From a virus (taxonomy: Duplodnaviria; Caudoviricetes), in the IMG/VR virus record IMGVR_UViG_3300020042_003373, positions 1 to 54,329 of that record: 54,329 nt of DNA; one strand, written 5' to 3'. The position numbers were made by a program, and so were the translations under genes. Position 1 is the first letter of the stretch; every line of letters begins with the position of its first letter. The notes under the pieces were generated by a model that worked only from the letters and a program-made list of their open reading frames with translations, made no database searches and had not been told where the DNA came from. Positions 48,201 to 54,329 of the stretch are shown here, in pieces.

Positions 48201-48746
48201 CTATGGTTTGCGGTTTTTGTTGTAGTAAGCGATTGCCCAGGACCTAGCCATATCTTCTTTGTGGCCTTGATCCCGGAGAGATTTGATCATTCTCTGCACA
48301 CTGTCCGGCAGCTCAGCCACCGGCTTAGGCTTTGGCTTTGGCTTCGGTATATTCTCTGAAGCGGCGAGCACTTCCATAACCATCCTCTGCCTTTCCTCTT
48401 TTCTGCGAGCGACCGATGAGTTGCCACCCATGGTGGAGCCTACGCCCTTGAGTTCACGCGGTGAGTACCTCGTCACGCTGGTCACGCTGACCCCCACGAT
48501 CCGAGATATCTCCGCGATATGAACGCCCTCCTTTCTGAGTTGAGCTATCTCTGCGATCTGCTTGGTTGTGATTTGCCCCTTGCCTAGGTTGTGCCTGGAA
48601 CGCATACCGACGCAGGCATTCTCAACCGATCTGGTGGAGCAATAGAAAGCCTTGGAAATTTCCAAGAGACTTTCGCCAGCCTGAAACCGATCACGCATCT
48701 CCTGGCGCTCCGCTTCAGAGATCGGGGAGCGCGGCTTCTTTGCCAT
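48201..48746 (-). CDS. Tandem HTH DNA-binding protein
   Basis: G.S..EISKAF.CS.RSV and G..IAEISRIVGVS..SV.RY. Confidence 0.65.
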   Translation of the reverse strand: MAKKPRSPISEAERQEMRDRFQAGESLLEISKAFYCSTRSVENACVGMRSRHNLGKGQITTKQIAEIAQLRKEGVHIAEISRIVGVSVTSVTRYSPRELKGVGSTMGGNSSVARRKEERQRMVMEVLAASENIPKPKPKPKPVAELPDSVQRMIKSLRDQGHKEDMARSWAIAYYNKNRKP

Positions 48747-48748
48747 GA

Positions 48749-49135
48749 TCAGTCCAAGAAATCAGAGATGCGGATAAGACGGGCGAGTTCTTCTTGCGGT
48801 GCTTCCCAACCCTCGGGCTTGAGGATCTTGCCATCCGCCCGGCGACGAACGCGGCCCGTCTCAGGATCAACCTTCGCCATGTTGGAGCGGATGACAGTCT
48901 CCCAACCAGCGGACATGGGGAAACCAGCAGAGTGCCCAGCACCAATGCACACAACGATCAAGTCGAGGATGGCATCGAACATCTCAACCTTATTGTCTTG
49001 GGCAACAGCATCAAGGAGTTCTGTCGCTTCCTCACGGATCAGACGGAGGTAGAGATCGAACTGCTCGCCATCCCATTCGCCAACCCTCTGCCCGCAAGCG
49101 CGCATGAATTTAGCTTGATCATTAAACGGATTCAT
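48749..49135 (-). CDS. MazG-like NTP pyrophosphohydrolase
   Basis: LIREEATEL.DA......E.FDA..D..VV..G...V.RSNMAK.......RR.DGKILKPEGW. Confidence 0.8.
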   Translation of the reverse strand: MNPFNDQAKFMRACGQRVGEWDGEQFDLYLRLIREEATELLDAVAQDNKVEMFDAILDLIVVCIGAGHSAGFPMSAGWETVIRSNMAKVDPETGRVRRRADGKILKPEGWEAPQEELARLIRISDFLD

Positions 49136-49247
49136 TATGATGTTCCTTTCGACTGGTGGATTGTGCCAGCATTTATCACCGAGCGCAAGCGCCCTCTGCC
49201 CTGAAAAGAGAGTTGCCTTCCAGATTTTAATGTGGGATAGAGATGGT

Positions 49248-49277
49248 GAAGGGGCGGCCCGCCAAGGCCGCCCCTTC
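49248..49277. other. Perfect 12-bp GC-rich hairpin
   Basis: GAAGGGGCGGCC-cgccaa-GGCCGCCCCTTC; no clear U-tract on either side. Confidence 0.7.
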
Positions 49278-49697
49278 GAATCCCTTGGTGCAGAAGGGAT
49301 GGGATACAGAATCCCTGTCGGGATTTATGGATCACATTCTCCTCCAAATCAAGGGACGACTACGGGCCAATGACGAATGTCATTGTCTGGGGTTTCCTAC
49401 CGTTGCGTCCTCCCCGCCCAAGCAAGATGGAACTCACGGTTCGCGGCTCTTCCGTAAAGAGCCGAATAAATCCGGGTTCAGGTCACCCCTTCCTTCCCGG
49501 AGCCTATACGGTCGGCGAGCAGAACTCGCAGTGAGGTACGGAACTAGTTAGCTGTCCACCAGGGAATGACCCCCCTGACTGAAGCTAGCTAGGGGAGACG
49601 CCTTAGAATGTCCCCGGCGGGGTCAGGTTGGCATCCTGGCTATAAGGCAACGGAGTACGCAGGCTGGTTAACCCCATCCTCCCCTTGGTCAGGGGCT
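49248..49697 (-). ncRNA. Candidate long structured non-coding RNA (or replication origin)
   Basis: No convincing ORF; many stems; TAGAAT -10-like box on the - strand at 49701-49706. Confidence 0.35.
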
Positions 49698-49821
49698 TCC
49701 ATTCTACCCCCGATGGTAGACCGGAAGGCGGAAAGGGGTGAACTATGTCCAGAATTTAGAGGGTGGAATGAATCCTTTAATCCTCATAATATATGAAGGT
49801 GTTTTACCCAGCCTATCGGTG

Positions 49822-49850
49822 TTGCGTTGTCATTACCTTTATGCCATCAT
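49822..49850 (+). promoter_or_regulatory. Putative promoter for a leaderless primase-helicase mRNA
   Basis: TTGCGT-N17-CATCAT, with ATG 49857 seven nt downstream and no SD sequence. Confidence 0.4.
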
Positions 49851-49856
49851 CCTTGG

Positions 49857-51563
49857 ATGAGCATTGACCCAGCTTACATAATGGCCAAGGCAAAAGGCCA
49901 ACAGGTCAGGGTCGCGTGCCCGGCATGCGAGCCGACACGCAAGACGCGCAATGATCCAAGTCTGTCCATCCACACAAACCCTGAAGGGGTTTTGGTCTGG
50001 CAGTGCTGGCATTGCGGAGAGACAGGAAGAACAACAGGGGCAAAGCCCCCAGGAGAGAAGAGTATGGCGATAACGCCGATGAGAAAGATTGAGAGCGACA
50101 GCCTGTCGCTTGATGCGCTGGTGTATCTTCAGGGTAGGTGTATCTCGCAAGCTACAGCCGAGAACCTTGGCGTCGTTTCTGGCAATCGCTGGTTCAAGAA
50201 GCTGTCCGCAGAACGCCCTGCCTTGGGCTTTGTGTATGGCCAGAACGGCAATGCCTATGCCGCGAAGTGGCGGTCACTTGAGGGCAAGGACTTCACCGCC
50301 GAGGGTGCTGCCGTCACGCTTTATCTGGCTGATCGGTTGACAGATACGTCCAGGGTGGTGATCACCGAGGGTGAGATGGATGCCCTCTCGTACTGGGAAG
50401 CGGGCATAGAAGCCGTTTCAATCCCCTCTGGAGCCATTGCCAGCGGCACTGCGGATGATGCTGCCCGGCTGCGCTGGATAGCCGCTCACGATGATCTGCT
50501 TGCGAATGCCAAGGAGATTTATCTGGCTGTCGATATGGATGACCCCGGTCAGATCACAGCACAAGAGCTGGCTCGTCGCCTAGGCAAACTCAAATGCTAC
50601 AAAGTGGAGTTCCCGTCAGGAACTAAAGACGCGAACGATGTTCTCGTTAAGAACGGCGCTGATGCACTGAGGGAAACAATCAAGAACGCCCAGCCCTGGC
50701 CCATCGAAGGCGTTGCTCAGCCTGTTGATTTCCATTCCAAGGTCATGGACTTGTACCAGAATGGTTTGCCCCCAGGCAATTCCACTGGTTGGTCCAGTGT
50801 GGACGATGTGTATACGCTTTGCCCAGGCAATCTAGTTGTTGTCACTGGCATCCCTGGTCACGGCAAGTCCACGTTCATCGATGCCATGCTGGTCAATGCG
50901 ATGCAGCAGCACAACTGGTCAGTGGCTTATGCCAGCTTTGAGAACCCGCCAGAGATTCATCTCTCAAAGCTGATTGCTCTGAAGCAGGGCAAACCCTTTG
51001 GCTATGGACCGACACCCCGCCTGAACAACACAGAGCTGGACGAGGGCATGGCCTGGGTGCAGGAGCATGTCACGTTCCTGACCCATGATGGTGTCATGCC
51101 CACGGTCGAGAGCCTAATAGAAAGGTTTGAGACTGCGGTGCGGCGCAATGGTGTTAAGGCTTGCGTCGTCGATCCGTTTAACTTCATCAAGTTGAATGGG
51201 AAAGATGGCGGAGTAGACACTGAAGCCATCAATGAAATGCTCAGTAAGTTCAAGATGTTTGCCCAGCGTAGTGAGGTTGTTTTCTTCATCATTGCTCATC
51301 CGGCGAAGCCAATGAACGCCGGTAGTGACTGGGTACCTACGGGTTACTCCATCAGTGGGTCTGCCCACTGGTATAACCGGGCCGACTTTGGTTTAACCAT
51401 GCACAGGAATGAAAGAATGTCATCCTTGCATGTTTGGAAATGCCGCTTCTCTCATCAAGGAAAGACCGGCAAGGTTGAGCTGTCATATGACAGGCCGACC
51501 GGGGGGTTCAGCGAACCGGGTTTGCCGCTGCCGGGCGATGATAGTTGGATGGACGACATCTAA
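49857..51563 (+). CDS. Primase-helicase (T7 gp4/Twinkle-like)
   Basis: Zn finger CPAC...CWHC; TOPRIM ITEGEMDALS and DMDDPG, KDAND; SF4 Walker A GIPGHGKS, VVDPFN, IAHP.K, ISGSA. Confidence 0.92.
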   Translation: MSIDPAYIMAKAKGQQVRVACPACEPTRKTRNDPSLSIHTNPEGVLVWQCWHCGETGRTTGAKPPGEKSMAITPMRKIESDSLSLDALVYLQGRCISQATAENLGVVSGNRWFKKLSAERPALGFVYGQNGNAYAAKWRSLEGKDFTAEGAAVTLYLADRLTDTSRVVITEGEMDALSYWEAGIEAVSIPSGAIASGTADDAARLRWIAAHDDLLANAKEIYLAVDMDDPGQITAQELARRLGKLKCYKVEFPSGTKDANDVLVKNGADALRETIKNAQPWPIEGVAQPVDFHSKVMDLYQNGLPPGNSTGWSSVDDVYTLCPGNLVVVTGIPGHGKSTFIDAMLVNAMQQHNWSVAYASFENPPEIHLSKLIALKQGKPFGYGPTPRLNNTELDEGMAWVQEHVTFLTHDGVMPTVESLIERFETAVRRNGVKACVVDPFNFIKLNGKDGGVDTEAINEMLSKFKMFAQRSEVVFFIIAHPAKPMNAGSDWVPTGYSISGSAHWYNRADFGLTMHRNERMSSLHVWKCRFSHQGKTGKVELSYDRPTGGFSEPGLPLPGDDSWMDDI

Positions 51564-51596
51564 AAGAAAAGAGGCTGGCAAATTAATGCCAGCCTC
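51562..51596 (-). terminator. Rho-independent terminator of the leftward RAMP-locus transcript
   Basis: GAGGCTGGCA-N6-TGCCAGCCTC stem (51571-51596); on the - strand it is followed by TTTTCTTTT. Confidence 0.75.
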
Positions 51597-51600
51597 CTAT

Positions 51601-51674
51601 GCGCCCTTAGCTCAGTTGGATAGAGCAGAAGCCTTCTAAGCTTCAGGCCGCTGGTTCGAATCCAGCAGGGCGCG
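51601..51674 (+). tRNA. tRNA-Arg(TCT), no encoded CCA
   Basis: Acceptor GCGCCCT/AGGGCGC+G; D arm GCTC-AGTTGGATA-GAGC; anticodon arm GAAGC-CTTCTAA-GCTTC; T arm GCTGG-TTCGAAT-CCAGC. Confidence 0.95.
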
Positions 51675-51683
51675 TATCCTCCA

Positions 51684-52136
51684 TCATGCCAGCGCCTCCC
51701 CTTCTTCGACGGCTTCCATCTGAGCCAGCGCCGCATCGATGTGAGGCACAAGCTCCGCGTACCGGCGATAGCGGGCGGTCACCCGGTGTACCTCGGCACG
51801 CATCTGCCTCAGCAAAGCCTCAGCCCTAACATCATCCTGCACCACCGCCTGGGTGAGGGCGTAGGCCGCCTTGGTCTGGTCATAGACATAAGCCCTAACC
51901 GGAATCAGCGCACCGTCAGGACGGGGCAACATGGTGACTGCGATTCTGATTGTTTCACCGGCTTGCTGTAACCGATATTTCCGAGCGGCTTCAGTGTCAT
52001 CCCATGTGAAGGCAGAATGAAGCGCTGTGTTATTTGACCGGGCAAAATCCACCACATCATCGGGCTTCAGTTCGCCACCGGCCTGAACCCGGAGCATCTC
52101 CAGCTCATGAAGCTGGTCTTTGTTTAGTGTTCTCAT
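51684..52136 (-). CDS. Conserved phage protein, companion of the RAMP/array locus
   Basis: AAGGAGAG RBS; G.L.P.DVVD.AR....LH..FTWDD..AA..YRL.QA...IR motif. Confidence 0.75.
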   Translation of the reverse strand: MRTLNKDQLHELEMLRVQAGGELKPDDVVDFARSNNTALHSAFTWDDTEAARKYRLQQAGETIRIAVTMLPRPDGALIPVRAYVYDQTKAAYALTQAVVQDDVRAEALLRQMRAEVHRVTARYRRYAELVPHIDAALAQMEAVEEGEALA

Positions 52137-52185
52137 TGTTCTCTCCTTAATCATCCACCGCACGATTGCTGCGGATGTTTAGGTA

Positions 52186-52818
52186 GCCGTGCCTGCGGTG
52201 CGGTGCCTATCCTTGCCCCGCCACGCCGCGCCAGTCCTTGCCTGCCGTGCCCTGCCTCACCAGTCCCCGCCCAGCCCCGCCACTCCTGTCCGGGCCTGCC
52301 ATGCCTTGCCGATCCCGGCCATACCGTTCCGGGCCGCGCCTTGCCTGCCGTGCCGGGCCGGGCCATACCTCGCCTGACCATGCCTCGCCTGACCATGTCT
52401 GCCGTGCCGTTCCTGGCCGTGCCCAGCCTTTCCTTGCCTTGCCTGCCGTGCCAATCCCCGCCATGCCAGTCCGGGCCAAGCCACGCCTTGCCTGCCGCGC
52501 CTTGCCATTCCGGGCCAGTCCAAGCCCCGCCTCGCCGCCCGCGCCACGCCTAGCCTAGCCTCGCCTGCCGTGCCCTGCCTCACCATCCCCGCCCAGCCCC
52601 GCCACTCCTGTCCACGCCTGCCGTGCCAGTCTTCGCCCTGCCCGTCCCCGCCGAACCCAACCATGCCTGCCGCGCCAATCCCCGCCAATCCCCGCCGGCC
52701 CTAGCCTCGCCATGCCTGCCGTGCCAATCCCAGCCGTGCCCTGCCAGTCCACTCCTAGCCTTGCCTGCCGCGCCAGTCCGCGCCCCGCTATGCCCTGCCA
52801 CGCCATACCTGCCATGCC
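52186..52818 (-). repeat. Array 1: GG(C/A/T)-NN pentamer array of ~12-13 units delimited by GGCAGGC
   Basis: Delimiters (+ strand GCCTGCC or variant) at 52191, 52240, 52294, 52343, 52397, 52441, 52490, 52563, 52616, 52665, 52714, 52763, 52807. Confidence 0.9.
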
Positions 52819-52820
52819 AA

Positions 52821-52848
52821 CTGCGCCCCGCCCGAAGGCAGGGCGCAG
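52821..52848 (-). other. cUUCGg tetraloop hairpin at the 5' end of array 1
   Basis: - strand CTGCGCCCTGCC-TTCG-GGCGGGGCGCAG (12 bp, one G-U), 6 nt after the RAMP stop codon. Confidence 0.8.
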
Positions 52849-52854
52849 CATGTA

Positions 52855-53502
52855 TTACTGCTGGCTGTTGTCGATTTCGAAGTGACCCCAGCCCATGCCA
52901 GTGCTGGCCTTCGAATCAGCGCGGCCTTCACCGACGCCAACCTGAGCGCCAACACGGGCAACAAGAGCGGCAACATCCCCCTGTGTGAACTGCTCACTGT
53001 CGAACCGGATACGCAGATCGGCAGCCCAGTCACGCCACATCGGGCGGGTACGGATATCAATAACGCCGGTAGCGTTACGGACATGCATGTCGGTGCGCTC
53101 CGGCTCGCCGGCAATGATCCGCACCAGCGGGGTGCCATCGATAACATCCAGACCATCAGCCTCCACAAACAGGGAGAGCTTAGCCAGGGTCATCTTAAAA
53201 CCGACCAAGCGGCATGCCGAGATCAGGCCGTTGCGGAATGCGCCAGCGTGAATGCCATCCCACCCCTCAGAGGACAGGTGGCGTGCGCCTTGGAAGACTT
53301 CATCGAAGTCTTTCGGGTCACGCTTCGCGCCCTTCTTGGCAGTCGAGCCAGCCGCCATCTTTTCCATCATCGCCTGCTGCGCCTTGGCAGGAAAGCGATT
53401 GATCACCAGCGGTGCGGTGCCAACGATACGCAACACCATCCGCTGCATCGCGGGCGGCTTGATGTTAATGCTGGTCGTCGGAATCTTCGAAACTTCAGTC
53501 AT
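52855..53502 (-). CDS. Stand-alone RAMP (Cas7/Csm3-like) protein
   Basis: First strand LRIVGTAPLVI, IHAGAFRNGLISAC helix (compare the RAMP ipgssiKG.lR motif), and C-terminal Gly-rich loop GAQVGVGEGR....GMGWGHFEI; AAGGAGAG RBS. Confidence 0.7.
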   Translation of the reverse strand: MTEVSKIPTTSINIKPPAMQRMVLRIVGTAPLVINRFPAKAQQAMMEKMAAGSTAKKGAKRDPKDFDEVFQGARHLSSEGWDGIHAGAFRNGLISACRLVGFKMTLAKLSLFVEADGLDVIDGTPLVRIIAGEPERTDMHVRNATGVIDIRTRPMWRDWAADLRIRFDSEQFTQGDVAALVARVGAQVGVGEGRADSKASTGMGWGHFEIDNSQQ

Positions 53503-53580
53503 GATTATTCTCTCCTTGTTTAACCCACACCGTTATCAATGTGGGGTAGTCAACTAAAGGACCATTCCTTCAGTTGTTAT

Positions 53581-53867
53581 TCCTGCGGTGCTTTGCCTTG
53601 CCCCGCCACACCAATCCAAGCCGTGCCCCACCTGACCCGGCCACGCCTAGCCTGCCGTGCCTTGCCAATCCAGGCCGCGCCGATCCTTGCCTTGCCTGCC
53701 GTACCTCGCCAGTCCGCGCCACGCCATGCCGGGCCACGCCTGTCCACGCCAGTCCACGCCTGCCGTGCCGTTCCTGACCGTGCCTGTCCTGGCCAAGCCC
53801 TGCCTTGCCTGCCTTACCCTACCAGTCCCCGCCAAGCCCCGCCTGGCCAATCCACGCCTGCCTTGCC
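53581..53867 (-). repeat. Array 2: GG(C/A/T)-NN pentamer array of 5 units
   Basis: Delimiters at 53581, 53650, 53694, 53758, 53807, 53856 (spacings 69, 44, 64, 49, 49, all 5n+4). Confidence 0.9.
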
Positions 53868-54095
53868 TTAGCGTCCGCCCTCAGCCTCCACCCTGCGGGC
53901 GCTCTTGAGGTAAGCTTTAGCCAGCATCAGCCGACCGAAGGCCAGATTTTCCGCGGCCCTGGACCGCAGCATGAGAGCAGTGAACCGCGTCATGGTTTCC
54001 GGCTCACTCACCTCCAGCTTTTCCCTCATATCCATGAGGATCTGCTGAGCTTCAGCATGCAGCAGCCTCGACCGAACGAATACCCGCTCATTCAT
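53868..54095 (-). CDS. Hypothetical helical protein
   Basis: AAGGAGAG RBS before MNERVF; its stop abuts array 2. Confidence 0.6.
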   Translation of the reverse strand: MNERVFVRSRLLHAEAQQILMDMREKLEVSEPETMTRFTALMLRSRAAENLAFGRLMLAKAYLKSARRVEAEGGR

Positions 54096-54097
54096 TG

Positions 54098-54283
54098 TCA
54101 CTCTCCTTTTTCTTCTTCGCATTTATGTTCTGTTTCTACTGGGCCGTCAACTCCCGGCGTACCTTTCTTGCATTTCCCCATACATTCATTGCACCTCCCA
54201 AAAATACAATGCCAGCGGCTGTACTCATGGTCGAGCAGTCCCATCCAATCATTCATTGCGTCTTTTGCTGTGACCCACGACAT
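54098..54283 (-). CDS. Small Cys-rich hypothetical protein
   Basis: HC..GRC.EC...C; in line with the leftward operon. Confidence 0.45.
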   Translation of the reverse strand: MSWVTAKDAMNDWMGLLDHEYSRWHCIFGRCNECMGKCKKGTPGVDGPVETEHKCEEEKGE

Positions 54284-54329
54284 CCCAGAAAAGAAATCTG
54301 GGTGAAGGTAGACCTCCCCCTCTCCTGCA

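Noticed and set aside
49135-49796. Short ORFs in the gap before the primase
   Set aside because: No recognisable motifs, mutually overlapping, and they run through strong hairpins; 49135-49347 cannot be fully excluded.
51601-51674. Prophage attachment site at the tRNA
   Set aside because: No integrase, no duplicated tRNA 3' end and no host genes in the window.
52151-52988. Many overlapping Arg/Gly/Pro/Cys-rich ORFs across array 1
   Set aside because: They arise from a stop-poor 5-nt GC repeat that is open in most frames. The periodicity is not a multiple of 3, there is no RBS, and a duplicated unit carries a 1-nt deletion.
52186-53867. Classical CRISPR array
   Set aside because: No 23-47 nt identical repeats with free spacers; the constant parts are only 3-nt triplets and a 7-nt delimiter, and there is no cas1/cas2.
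52186-53867. Simple microsatellite or G-quadruplex tract with no information content
   Set aside because: The NN positions are diverse while the scaffold and the 5n+4 spacing are strict, and there are two arrays around one gene. G4 formation is possible but does not explain the grammar.
53539-53908. ORFs across array 2
   Set aside because: Same repeat artefact as array 1.

Overview
The window is most of a tailed dsDNA phage genome with podovirus-like organisation; an alphaproteobacterial host is plausible but only inferred. The + strand (1-41635) is one long morphogenesis arm: terminase large subunit (partial), portal, GroES-like protein, scaffold, minor and Mu-gpT-like major capsid, holins and a GH108 endolysin, a run of small Lys-rich 'xxGG' proteins, head-tail adaptors, several fibre/spike modules and large ejection proteins. 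The region 41632-54329 is mostly on the - strand and carries recombination/replication and accessory genes (ERF-like annealase, PD-(D/E)XK nuclease, SSB-like, RusA, RlpA-like, MazG-like), plus a + strand primase-helicase and tRNA-Arg(TCT). The standout feature is at 51684-53870. There a lone Cas7/RAMP-like gene (52855-53502, -) is flanked on both sides by non-coding arrays of GG(C/A/T)-NN pentamers. The arrays are cut by a GGCAGGC delimiter into units of almost always 5n+4 nt, and the downstream array is bracketed by RNA hairpins. This looks like a compact, non-CRISPR RNA-guided system in which the variable dinucleotides carry the information. Other highlights are a double-pseudoknot RNA at 8524-8588, a ~450-nt structured non-coding region next to the primase, and a 14-blade double beta-propeller receptor-binding protein. 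All family assignments come from motif recognition by eye; no searches were run.
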